A stretch of 64,000 nucleotides of DNA from Dehalococcoidia bacterium UBA2158 (GCA_002328185.1 DCWQ01000006.1:14047-78046), one strand, 5' to 3'. Shown: positions 37,297 through 46,383, numbered from the stretch's first letter. Made by a program: numbers and translations. The notes: a model not told the origin generated them from the letters alone.

Positions 37297-38574
37297 CTAT
37301 TTCGCCCCTTCGAACACGCTTTCAAACGAACCAATGGTTGGTTTGATGGAGAGCGGGTTCACCACTTGCTCCACCGCCTCCTGGGTCTTGAGTCCGTTGC
37401 CAGTGATGTAAACGACGGTCAATTCATCGGGCTTTATGGCGCCTGACTTGGCCAGGTTCTTTAGACCTGAGACCGTCACGCCGCCGGCTGTCTCGGTGAA
37501 GATGCCTTCAGTCTCGGCCAACAGCTTGATGCCTTCCACTATATCCGATTCCGGCACCGCGTAGGCGGAGCCGCCGGACCTTTCGATCACTTTGATGGCG
37601 TAGATGCCGTCGGCCGGGTTGCCGATGGCCAGGGACTTAGCGATGCTGTCGGGCCGCACCGGGATGACCTGAGTCTGGTTACTGTTCCAGGCCGTGGCGA
37701 TAGGCGAGCATCCCTCAGCCTGTTGCATGTGCATCCTTGTGGTTACGGCCGGGTGATGAACGGTGTTCTGGTCCACGCCGAAGGAACTGGAGGAAACGCC
37801 GTCCAACAGGCCCAAACAGGCCAGCTCGTTGAATCCCTTCCAAATCTTGGTGAACATGGCGCCGGAGGCCGAAGGAACGACCACGTGGTCCGGAAGCCGC
37901 CAGCCCAGTTGCTCCGCCACTTCATAACCCAGGGTCTTGCTGCCCTCGGCGTAGTAAGGGCGCATGTTGATGTTTACGAAGGCCCAGGGGTAATCGTCGG
38001 CCAACTCGCTGCAGAGACGGTTAACCTGGTCGTAGGTGCCGTCCACGGCTACCAGCACAGGGTTGTAGATGGCAGCGCCGATAATCTTGCCCTTTTCCAA
38101 GTCGGAGGGGATGAAAACGACGGCGCGGACACCGGCCCGGGCACAGTGGGCCGCTACGCTACAGGCCAGATTTCCAGTCGAGGCGCAGGCGATGGTCTCG
38201 TAGCCGAATTCCAGGGCCTTGGTTGCCGCCACGGAAACCACCCGGTCTTTGAAAGAGAACGACGGGTTAACACTGTCGTTCTTGATGTACAGATTGCTGA
38301 GACCCAGCGTCTTACCCAGGCCTCTAGCTTTGATCAGAGGCGTGAAGCCTGCTTGGATGTCGACGGGGTCGTCACCCTGGGCAGGGAGCAGGTCCTTGTA
38401 ACGCCAGATGCTAAGCGGCCCCGAAGCGATACTGTCCTGACTGACCACCTCGGAGATGGTGGCGTAGTCGTATACCACTTCCAGAGGGCCGAAGCAGAAA
38501 TCGCATACGTTCAGCGGATCGGCAGGGTATTCTCTACCGCATTCGCGGCATTTAAGTCCATTTATGAAAGCCAC
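37297..38574 (-). CDS. threonine-synthase-like fold-type II PLP enzyme with N-terminal zinc ribbon
   Basis: 425 aa. CRECGREY...CDFCFGPLEV forms the zinc ribbon and the PLP lysine motif is FSFKDR. GTG start at 38574 after AGGAGGGA. Confidence 0.8.
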   Translation of the reverse strand: MAFINGLKCRECGREYPADPLNVCDFCFGPLEVVYDYATISEVVSQDSIASGPLSIWRYKDLLPAQGDDPVDIQAGFTPLIKARGLGKTLGLSNLYIKNDSVNPSFSFKDRVVSVAATKALEFGYETIACASTGNLACSVAAHCARAGVRAVVFIPSDLEKGKIIGAAIYNPVLVAVDGTYDQVNRLCSELADDYPWAFVNINMRPYYAEGSKTLGYEVAEQLGWRLPDHVVVPSASGAMFTKIWKGFNELACLGLLDGVSSSSFGVDQNTVHHPAVTTRMHMQQAEGCSPIATAWNSNQTQVIPVRPDSIAKSLAIGNPADGIYAIKVIERSGGSAYAVPESDIVEGIKLLAETEGIFTETAGGVTVSGLKNLAKSGAIKPDELTVVYITGNGLKTQEAVEQVVNPLSIKPTIGSFESVFEGAK

Positions 38575-38656
38575 CTAGGTCGGTCCCTCCTGGCCTCAAA
38601 AAGGCTGGCGCAAAAGCCCAAATAAGCCTGGAATATATCTCTCCAGGCTGCCAGTG

Positions 38657-38685
38657 ATAGTAACAAAGCACCTATGTGATGTCAA
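38657..38685 (-). promoter_or_regulatory. sigma-70-type promoter for the thrC-like/NIL/moaD-like operon
   Basis: On the minus strand: TTGACA (38685-38680), a 17-nt spacer, then TACTAT (38662-38657). It lies ~80 nt upstream of the GTG start. Confidence 0.5.
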
Positions 38686-38879
38686 CTTGGCTCACGCCTG
38701 GGAGAGGGCTTCCGTGAGCCTGAGAGCTCCTTCGTTCAAAATCCGGTCCGCGATGATATAATCCGCGGAGAATTTGCCCCCGGAGGGCGACCAGCATAAA
38801 TAATATCTGGGGAATACCTCTGCTCCGCCCACATCACATAAGCCTCCTTCAGCAGTTCTCCATACCACTCATCATTGGC

Positions 38880-40106
38880 GTGATTGCCGGGTTGGTCTTT
38901 GCCAACATCGACATCCATGCCTATGAAGGCATGGTGGATTTCCACATCTTCGGCGACAGCACCAAGATCTTCGGGAAGGCGGTTACGGTCCACTTCCTGG
39001 TCAATGAGATCTTCATGGTGTTCTTCTTTGGTATTGCCACCAAGGAGATCACCGAGTCGGTCCTGCCCGGCGGAGCGCTGAACCCTGTACGCAAGGCCAT
39101 CAACCCGTTGATGGGGACATTGGGCGGGGTTTTCGGTCCGGCGGGACTGTTCTTTCTGCTGGCCTGGATCTTCTACGGCGGGGGCGACGACCTCAGCATC
39201 GTGGCCAACGGCTGGGGAATCCCCACCGCCACCGACATCGCCTTGGCCTGGCTGGTGGCCCGCATCGTCTTTGGGCACTCACATCCGGCGGTCAACTTCC
39301 TGTTGCTGCTGGCGGTGGCCGACGATGCCATCGGGTTGGGGATCATCGCCGTGTTCTACCCAGACCCGGAGCACCCTGTGGCCCCGTCTTGGTTGTTGCT
39401 GGTGGTTGCCGGGATGGCAGTTGCCTATGTCATGCGGCGTTTCCAGGTGATGCACTGGCCGGTCTACATACTCATCGCTGGCGGTCTCAGTTGGGTCGGA
39501 CTGGTCAAGTCGTCCATCGAACCGGCACTGGCGCTGGTGGTCATCGTGCCTTTCCTGCCCGGACCTCGTACTACCCACGGGCTTTTCGAAGAAGACGAAC
39601 ACGAACTTGAGCACACCCATCCCGGAGGCTCGGAGGCTGTTCCGGCACAGGTTGTAGCCGCGAAAACGCCTGAAGAGGCAATGGAGCTGCACCACCAACA
39701 CGCGCCCTTGGACGCTTTTGAACATCACCTGAAGCTGCCTGTGGATTTTGGGCTGTTCTTCTTTGCCTTCATGAACGCCGGAGTGGCCTTCGCCAGTATC
39801 ACCCAAGTTACTTTCATCGTGCTGACCTCGCTGATCGTCGGAAAGATGGTGGGAATCACATTGTTTTCCTGGGTCGGAGTCTGGCTTGGCTTCCCGTTGC
39901 CAGAGGGCATGGGCGTCAAACACCTTTTTGTGGCTGCCATCGTCGCTGGATTGGGACTTACGGTCGCCTTGTTCGTGGCCGGCAAAGCCTATGAGGACCC
40001 GGCCTTCCAAGACCCGGCCAAGATGGGAGCGGTGCTGAGCGCCGGCGCCGCCGTGATCGCTTTTATTGTTGGGCGGATGCTGAAGGTCAAAGACGGCAAG
40101 GACTAG
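38880..40106 (+). CDS. nhaA: Na+/H+ antiporter NhaA (true start probably upstream of 38880)
   Basis: NEIFMVFFFGIATKEI, GWGIPTATDIA and VADDAIG motifs. The in-frame upstream sequence continues as a plausible first helix (see finding). Confidence 0.85.
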   Translation: MIAGLVFANIDIHAYEGMVDFHIFGDSTKIFGKAVTVHFLVNEIFMVFFFGIATKEITESVLPGGALNPVRKAINPLMGTLGGVFGPAGLFFLLAWIFYGGGDDLSIVANGWGIPTATDIALAWLVARIVFGHSHPAVNFLLLLAVADDAIGLGIIAVFYPDPEHPVAPSWLLLVVAGMAVAYVMRRFQVMHWPVYILIAGGLSWVGLVKSSIEPALALVVIVPFLPGPRTTHGLFEEDEHELEHTHPGGSEAVPAQVVAAKTPEEAMELHHQHAPLDAFEHHLKLPVDFGLFFFAFMNAGVAFASITQVTFIVLTSLIVGKMVGITLFSWVGVWLGFPLPEGMGVKHLFVAAIVAGLGLTVALFVAGKAYEDPAFQDPAKMGAVLSAGAAVIAFIVGRMLKVKDGKD

Positions 40107-40161
40107 TGCTATACTCGTGCCTACGGCACCCGTCTTTACCCTGAATTAGGAGCCCCAAGCG

Positions 40162-40449
40162 ATGATTGGCGTACTTACCCACCACTGGGCGAAAGCAGAC
40201 AAGATCGAAGCGGCCAAAAAAATGTTGGACGGCAATGGACTGGCCCAGAGCAAGGCCCCCGGTTACGGCACCCGTTTGACCTTTATCTCTCAGGAAGATC
40301 CCACCAAGATATCAACCCTGGTCACGTGGGACTCGAACGAGATTTACGACGCCTGGCGTGCCAGCCCCGAGCGGGCCGCGGCCATGGCAGATGCTGGTGA
40401 GATGTGGTCCAAGCCTGCCGAGAACGAACGCTTCGAGATGGCCGACTAG
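40162..40449 (+). CDS. small ABM-like (antibiotic biosynthesis monooxygenase / ferredoxin-fold) protein
   Basis: 95 aa. The size and the pattern (...ISTLVTWDSNEIYDAWRASPE...) resemble the ABM/Dabb fold. This is a weak call. Confidence 0.4.
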   Translation: MIGVLTHHWAKADKIEAAKKMLDGNGLAQSKAPGYGTRLTFISQEDPTKISTLVTWDSNEIYDAWRASPERAAAMADAGEMWSKPAENERFEMAD

Positions 40450-40509
40450 CTCAAATCTAGGCCGCCCGTCCTTTGAATATGGTTGCCGCGGAACAAGCAG
40501 GAGACAGTC

Positions 40510-42120
40510 ATGGCCAAGAGAAGTTTCTGGGCATGGGGCCACGAATCGGATGAGCCCACCGTCGAGCAGATGAAGACTGCCGCCGTGGATATAGCCGAGC
40601 GCTACAACGTAGATCTAACCCCGGTTGGCCCACCGAACCCAGCGGACCTTTCCCTGCGTAAACCCCGCATCTCACCGCCGTCGTCATTGGCCGACATCTG
40701 CGCCAGCGACGACCACGACCGGGCGGTGCACACCTACGGGCGCAGCTTCCGGGACCGCATCCGTGCGTTCAACCTGGACTTCCCCAACCCGCCCGATGTG
40801 GTGGCCCGCCCCCGTAACGAACAGGAAGTGGAAGCCTTGCTGGAGTGGTGCTCGTCATCCGGTTACGCTGCCATCCCATTCGGCGGAGGAAGCTCCACCG
40901 TGGCCGGGTTCGAACCGCCTGAAGGCTACGACGGCGTCGTCACCATCGACTTGGAGGGCCTGGACCAGGTGCTGGAAATAGACGATGTTTCCCGCTCGGC
41001 CCGCATCCAGGGAGGCATATACGGCCCAGCGCTGGAAGACCAATTGCGCCCCCACGGCTTCACTCTGCGCCACTATCCCCAAAGCTTTGAGTTTTCGACC
41101 CTGGGCGGTTGGATCGTGACCCGCTCCGGCGGTCATTACGCCACCAACCAAACCCACATAGACGACATGGTTGAATCGGTGCGCATGATTACCCCGACTG
41201 GTCTATGGGAGTCCCGGCGTCTGCCTGGCTCCGGCGCTGGCCCCAGCCCGGATCGGATAGCCATCGGCAGCGAGGGAACCTTGGGCATCATCACCGAGGC
41301 TTGGATGCGCATCCAAGCCCGCCCCGTATTCCGGGCGTCAGCCGGGGTTACGTTTCCGACGTTTGCCGCCGGTGCTGAGGCCGCACGCCGCATCGTGCAG
41401 ACCAAACTCTGGCCCGCCAATTGCCGCCTGCTGGACCCCGTGGAGGCTGCCGCTGCCGCTGGCATGGACGGCTCAAGCGCCCTGTTATTGCTGGGGTTCG
41501 AATCGGCTGAAGTACCCCAGGGCGAACTCATCCGCCACGCCGTCGATATCGCCCGGGAAACCGGTGGCACGATTGACGATGCGAATATCCGCGTTTCAGA
41601 CGGGTCGGGTGGCAATTCAGATGGCGACACCGGCCGGCAGGGCTCGGTGGGGGCGTGGCGCAACTCTTTTTTGAACGCGCCCTATATGAAGAACCACCAG
41701 GCTGGGTTGGGGTTCGTCACCGAGACCATGGAGACCGCCGTTACCTGGGACAGGTGGCCCAACCTGGACCAGACAGTCCGGGCCGCGCTTCAGGACGCCT
41801 TGAATCGTGTTTGCGGCGGTGGTACGGTCTCATGCCGGTTCACCCACGTTTACACCGACGGACCGGCCCCCTACTTCACCTTTGAGGGCATGGGTCGCTT
41901 GGGCGCTGAGCTGGAGATGTACGACGAGATCAAAAAGAGAGCTTCCGATGCCATCATGGCCGCCGGGGGCACCATCACCCACCACCATGCCGTGGGACGG
42001 CTGCACCGGCCCTGGTACGATCAGCAACGCCCTGAGTTGTTCGCCCAAGCGTTGAAGGCCGTCAAACGAACGCTAGACCCAAATGGTGTATTGAACCCGG
42101 GACTTCTGATCGACGCCTAA
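40510..42120 (+). CDS. FAD-linked oxidase (alkyldihydroxyacetone-phosphate-synthase-like, FAD_binding_4)
   Basis: PFGGGSSTV FAD motif, then GSEGTLGIITEA and the C-terminal HHHAVG. The start is the ATG at 40510 after AGGAGA. Confidence 0.8.
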   Translation: MAKRSFWAWGHESDEPTVEQMKTAAVDIAERYNVDLTPVGPPNPADLSLRKPRISPPSSLADICASDDHDRAVHTYGRSFRDRIRAFNLDFPNPPDVVARPRNEQEVEALLEWCSSSGYAAIPFGGGSSTVAGFEPPEGYDGVVTIDLEGLDQVLEIDDVSRSARIQGGIYGPALEDQLRPHGFTLRHYPQSFEFSTLGGWIVTRSGGHYATNQTHIDDMVESVRMITPTGLWESRRLPGSGAGPSPDRIAIGSEGTLGIITEAWMRIQARPVFRASAGVTFPTFAAGAEAARRIVQTKLWPANCRLLDPVEAAAAAGMDGSSALLLLGFESAEVPQGELIRHAVDIARETGGTIDDANIRVSDGSGGNSDGDTGRQGSVGAWRNSFLNAPYMKNHQAGLGFVTETMETAVTWDRWPNLDQTVRAALQDALNRVCGGGTVSCRFTHVYTDGPAPYFTFEGMGRLGAELEMYDEIKKRASDAIMAAGGTITHHHAVGRLHRPWYDQQRPELFAQALKAVKRTLDPNGVLNPGLLIDA

Positions 42121-42228
42121 ATAGAGACGCATTTCGTAAACTTCCGCGTCTTTATCTAACAATACGTAACACCCGGCCCGTAAACCTCTGCGCACCCCGT
42201 TGAACCGCTTAGCTTCGCGGGTTACAAT

Positions 42229-43614
42229 GTGGAACCTACGACGGGGGAGAGCATGTTTAGGTTTGGACGCACTCCGGCTGGTCTGGCGATCGGGAAGCGG
42301 GATGTTCATTATTCCTGGGTGATTGTCTCAGTCGCCTCGATTATGTGGATGACCAGTTCCGGCATGCGGTTTGCCGCCAGCATATTGGTGGACGAGTTTG
42401 AGAAAGAGCCGTTCGGCTGGAGCATCGGCGCGATAGCCGCTGGGTTCACCATTCAGTGGGTCGTGTCTGGGACTTTGGGTCCCATATGCGGCTGGCTGGG
42501 TGACCGGTGGGGCGTTCGCCGGGTCATGTGGTCGGGCGGCGTGCTGTTTATCATCGGTATGGTCTTGACGGCCTCCATGACTGAACTGTGGCAGTTCTAC
42601 CTCTACTTTGGAGTCATCCTAGCGGCGGGTATGGCCGCCTTCCAAGTCACCCTGGTTTCCGGCGTAACCCTGTGGTTCCGGAAGCAGTTGGGCCTGGCCA
42701 TGGGGGTTTTGCAGGGGCTACAAGGCATCGGAACCGCCTGCGCCATCGTTCTGGTTTTCGTCCTCTTCGACCAATTTGGCCTCCGCGCGACTTTCTTGAT
42801 CCCGGGTATCGCCGGCGGGGCGATCCTGATGATCATGGTCAAATTCTTCTACAACGAGCCTGCTGACCTCGGCTTGCGGCAGTGGGGTGCGCCGGACGAC
42901 GAACCGATCCGGAGCATGCAGAACAACGAAGTGGCCAAGGTGCGCACCAATGCCTTCTTGAAGCAGGCACAGAAGACCAACGCCTTCTGGAACCTGGTGG
43001 GGATTCATTTCTGGGGCTGTGCCGGCCACAACGTCATTCTGATCCTGCTGGTTGCAATAATCACATTCAACGGCCACTCGAAGGGCTTGGCCGTCGCGGT
43101 CTTCATAACCCTCATGGTTGTCAGCACAATCACCCGGTTTGCCGCGCCCGTCCTGGCCGACCGGTTTGGCAGTAAAGCCGTGATGGTGGTTCTTTTTTCG
43201 GCCCAAACATTCCCGTTATTGTTGATAATCGTTTCTCAAGACATCTCGACTTATTTCATATTTGCCGTGCTGTTCGGAATCGGTATGGGCGGCGAGATGA
43301 CCGCTTTCCCCATCATCAACCGGCAATACTACGGCGACGCGCCCACCGGCACAACCTACGGTTGGCAGATGGGCGGCGCAGGCATCGGAATGGCCATAGG
43401 GCCGATTTTGGGTGGGTTCCTGAAGGATTGGACTGATTCCTATACCCTGTCACTTTGGCTGTCCTTCGGCCTCAGCGCGACAGCCGTGCTTAGCATCTTC
43501 TTCCTGCCCTCCACCCATCAGCATCAACTGCCGGACTGGGAGGATGTTCTGCCGCCAGAGGCTAGATCTTCCAGCGGAGCTGGCACACCAGCAGTATCAG
43601 CCGGCGACGATTAA
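42229..43614 (+). CDS. MFS transporter (oxalate/formate-antiporter-like)
   Basis: 461 aa, 12 hydrophobic helices, with a GWLGDRWGVRR loop motif. The start is uncertain (GTG 42229 or ATG 42253). Confidence 0.8.
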   Translation: MEPTTGESMFRFGRTPAGLAIGKRDVHYSWVIVSVASIMWMTSSGMRFAASILVDEFEKEPFGWSIGAIAAGFTIQWVVSGTLGPICGWLGDRWGVRRVMWSGGVLFIIGMVLTASMTELWQFYLYFGVILAAGMAAFQVTLVSGVTLWFRKQLGLAMGVLQGLQGIGTACAIVLVFVLFDQFGLRATFLIPGIAGGAILMIMVKFFYNEPADLGLRQWGAPDDEPIRSMQNNEVAKVRTNAFLKQAQKTNAFWNLVGIHFWGCAGHNVILILLVAIITFNGHSKGLAVAVFITLMVVSTITRFAAPVLADRFGSKAVMVVLFSAQTFPLLLIIVSQDISTYFIFAVLFGIGMGGEMTAFPIINRQYYGDAPTGTTYGWQMGGAGIGMAIGPILGGFLKDWTDSYTLSLWLSFGLSATAVLSIFFLPSTHQHQLPDWEDVLPPEARSSSGAGTPAVSAGDD

Positions 43615-43629
43615 AGACTTGCTCGTTGG

Positions 43630-43668
43630 CAAACGTAGGGGCACGGCATTGCCGTGCCCCTACGTTTG
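43630..43668 (+). terminator. 18-bp perfect palindromic hairpin after the MFS gene (terminator or REP-like)
   Basis: CAAACGTAGGGGCACGGC-ATT-GCCGTGCCCCTACGTTTG. All 18 pairs are Watson-Crick, with a 3-nt loop and only a weak T tract (TTTG) at its 3' end. Confidence 0.5.
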
Positions 43669-43687
43669 TCCGACAGGATGTTAAAGG

Positions 43688-44455
43688 ATGGCACAAGAGA
43701 AGTTGTGGGTAGATGACGAGGTCAAAGCCGGGCCGACGATCTCAGCCACCGAGCTTGGAACCTACGCCAGGGCCCGTCTCTGCTCCCGGTGCGCCTGGAT
43801 CAGGCTGCACATCAAGAACCTGCCCTACCAGAGCTTTCCCGGCATCTTCAGCAGCATCGACCGCTACAACAAACTGATCGTCCACAACCATTTCGACCGG
43901 GAAGGTCACGCCCCGCCGTGGCTGGCCGAGTTGGGCGAGTCTGGGGTGTATATCGACCCGCCCCATTGGTCCCAGTTCAAGACACTGGACGAGGAGACCG
44001 GGATCACGGTGCGGGGCGAGGCTGACGGTATCTTCAAGATGTTCGACGATTCCTATGTGATCGTCGATTACAAAACCTCCCGCTATGATCCCGAACGCCC
44101 CGGGATGTACAGCAATTACGAGGTCCAACTCAACGCCTATGCTTTCATAGCGGAGCGGCTGGGGCTGTCGCCGGTGTCCAAGCTGGCCTTGGTCTACATG
44201 GAACCGGTCACCGACAAAGAGACTGCCCAGGAACCAGATCTGGTGGACAGCAAAGGTTTCACCATGGGCTTCCACGCCAGAGTTGTTCCGGTGCAACTCA
44301 GGCAGGCCCAACTTCTGCCGCCCCTACTCCGCAAAGCCCGCAGCATCTGGGGCATGGACTCCCCGCCCAAAGGGGCTAAGGATTGTAAGGACTGCGCCGC
44401 GGTTGTTGGGTTGTTGGAGGGGTTGGGCGGGTCTGCGCTTGGTCAGAAGGGGTAG
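43688..44455 (+). CDS. PD-(D/E)XK nuclease superfamily protein, Cas4/RecB-like
   Basis: 255 aa. GEADGIF...VIVDYKTS (D...D-x-K) followed by QLNAYAFIA (QxxxY). There are four Cys in total: CSRC near the N-terminus and CKDC near the C-terminus. Confidence 0.65.
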   Translation: MAQEKLWVDDEVKAGPTISATELGTYARARLCSRCAWIRLHIKNLPYQSFPGIFSSIDRYNKLIVHNHFDREGHAPPWLAELGESGVYIDPPHWSQFKTLDEETGITVRGEADGIFKMFDDSYVIVDYKTSRYDPERPGMYSNYEVQLNAYAFIAERLGLSPVSKLALVYMEPVTDKETAQEPDLVDSKGFTMGFHARVVPVQLRQAQLLPPLLRKARSIWGMDSPPKGAKDCKDCAAVVGLLEGLGGSALGQKG

Positions 44456-44776
44456 CGCAAAAAATGAAGGGCTCATCGCCCATCGTCCGGGTACTACGGC
44501 CCTCGCCCGTGACGTCGATTGGGAAGATTATATCTCCCGGTCCGAACGTCAGTTTTGTTCCATCCCCAAGCCCGATTTTGACTTATCCCGAAATTACAAT
44601 CGCGTATTGCCGACGTGATTCCGGGTGAGATCGTGGAAACGGCCTGGGGGCGACTGCCGAAACTAACGTGCTCGTTGACGGGGTCTACTTGCCAGTCCTC
44701 TGGGTCGAGATGCTCAAAATGCTACTTTCCACTATCACCGAGAACAATCTTGACAATCATGTCGCCTCCGTAAAAG

Positions 44777-46351
44777 TTAAGTCGACGCCGGTCCCCGGCG
44801 CAGACCCCTACCCGGCAGCACTCCCGTGTTCTCTCCGTTCTGGATGACCACTTGGCCGTTCACTATCACGTAGTCGATGCCCACGGGGTAGTGCTTGGGG
44901 TCTTCTTTGGTGGCGTGGGTTTTGACGGTGCCGGGGTTGAAGATGACTATGTCGGCCTTGAAACCGTTTCGCAACAAGCCTCGGTCGGGCAGGCCCAGAC
45001 GCTGGGCGGGGAATGAAGTCATCTTGCGGATGGCCTCGGGCAGCTTCAGGTGCTTCTCGGCCCGGACAAACTCGGCCAGCACGATGGGGAAGCAGCCGTA
45101 GGTCCGGGGGTTGGGGTATTCGCCGAAGAGTATCGAGTCGCTAGCGATCATGCCCGCCGGGTGGGACACGAACGCGTAGAGGGTCTGGGCGTTCGTGCCC
45201 AGACCCACCGTGGAAATGCCCAGGTTCTCCTCGATCAGCAGGTCGAACAAGGTATCGGCTGGGTCTTGGTTCCTTAGATTAGCAATGTCCGTGATCAGCA
45301 TGCCGTCGTACTGCATGTTCTGTGGCTGTTTGAAGTTGGTCAGCCAGTTGTTCTCTAGCCGGTCCCGAGTCACCTCGCGCTTCATGCGCTGCCGGTCATC
45401 GGCGTCCCTAAGGGCGGCCATCAACCGCTCCGGGCCGCCGTCCTTGGCCCAGTGGGGTAGGCCTATGGTCGGCGTGGTGCCCGAGTAGGGGTAGGTATAG
45501 CAGTCGAAGGTCACGTCCATGCCTGTGTCGCGAGCGTCTTCCACCAATCCGATGTAGTCCAGGTGGCTGCCCACGCCGGGTGCAGACTGGCGGTAGTGGG
45601 TCAGGTGCACTGGGCAGTCGCCGCCCCGGCCGATCTCCAGCGCCTCCTCCCAGGGAGCGAGCAGACCGTTGGACCGCAGGCTGGCGCGGGTGTGGGTGTG
45701 GTAGTGGCCGCCCATCCGTGCCGCGACTCCGGCCAGTTCGGCCAGTTCCGATGTGCTGGCGTAGGAGCCAGGCGGGTAATCCAGGCCGGTCGATAGACCC
45801 CACGCGCCCTCTTCCATGGCCTCCCGGACCACCGACTTCATATCCTCGAGTTCGGCGGCGGTGGCGGGACGGTCGTTCCAGCCGACGCTCCAGATGCGCA
45901 CCGGGGAGTTACCCAAGATGAAGGCCATGTTGATGGCCACGGAGTTGTCGTACTTGGCCAATTGTCCGGCCACGGTCAGCCAGTCGGTGGGCAGGGGCGG
46001 GTAGCCGTTCAGCCCGGCGTCCTGCCAGATGTAGCGCTCCAGTTCGTCGCGGGACTTGAACGGCGCGTGGGACATACCGTCGATGCCCACCAGCTCGGTG
46101 GTGACGCCTTGCCGCACCTTTGGGTCGTGGTGCGGCTCGCCCATGATGGTCAGGCCGGCGTGAGAGTGCAGGTCGATGAACCCGGGACAGACCACCATGC
46201 CGGTGGCATCGATGGTCCGCGCCGCATCCAGGTTCGAAACGTCGCCCCGTTGCACGGTGACCGTTTCGCCTTCCACCAGCACCGTGGCGAAGAAGCCGGG
46301 ACTGCCGGAACCGTCTATCACTAGGCCGTTGGTTATCAGGAGGTCGATCAT
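44777..46351 (-). CDS. N-acyl-D-amino-acid deacylase (D-aminoacylase) family amidohydrolase
   Basis: 524 aa. LLITNGLVIDGSG...PGFIDLHSH is the metal-binding start, with the typical family length and C-terminal beta-barrel. Confidence 0.8.
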   Translation of the reverse strand: MIDLLITNGLVIDGSGSPGFFATVLVEGETVTVQRGDVSNLDAARTIDATGMVVCPGFIDLHSHAGLTIMGEPHHDPKVRQGVTTELVGIDGMSHAPFKSRDELERYIWQDAGLNGYPPLPTDWLTVAGQLAKYDNSVAINMAFILGNSPVRIWSVGWNDRPATAAELEDMKSVVREAMEEGAWGLSTGLDYPPGSYASTSELAELAGVAARMGGHYHTHTRASLRSNGLLAPWEEALEIGRGGDCPVHLTHYRQSAPGVGSHLDYIGLVEDARDTGMDVTFDCYTYPYSGTTPTIGLPHWAKDGGPERLMAALRDADDRQRMKREVTRDRLENNWLTNFKQPQNMQYDGMLITDIANLRNQDPADTLFDLLIEENLGISTVGLGTNAQTLYAFVSHPAGMIASDSILFGEYPNPRTYGCFPIVLAEFVRAEKHLKLPEAIRKMTSFPAQRLGLPDRGLLRNGFKADIVIFNPGTVKTHATKEDPKHYPVGIDYVIVNGQVVIQNGENTGVLPGRGLRRGPAST

Positions 46352-46383
46352 TTGTTACTCGTTATTGGAGATTCTGGTAGATG

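Noticed and set aside
38575-38656. SAM riboswitch in the leader of the thrC-like operon
   Set aside because: The leader is only ~80 nt and lacks SAM-I/II/IV consensus blocks as far as I can recognise them. Only a simple 8-bp hairpin is present.
44456-44776. Cupin-like remnant on the minus strand (MIVKIVLGDSGK-stop-HFEHLDPEDW... and, in another frame, ...KLTFGPGDIIFPIDVTGEGRSTRTMGDEPFIF), followed by a minus-strand hairpin plus T-run at ~44460-44490
   Set aside because: It is suggestive of a decayed small cupin gene, but the pieces are short and in different frames. It is mentioned only as a possible pseudogene, not annotated.
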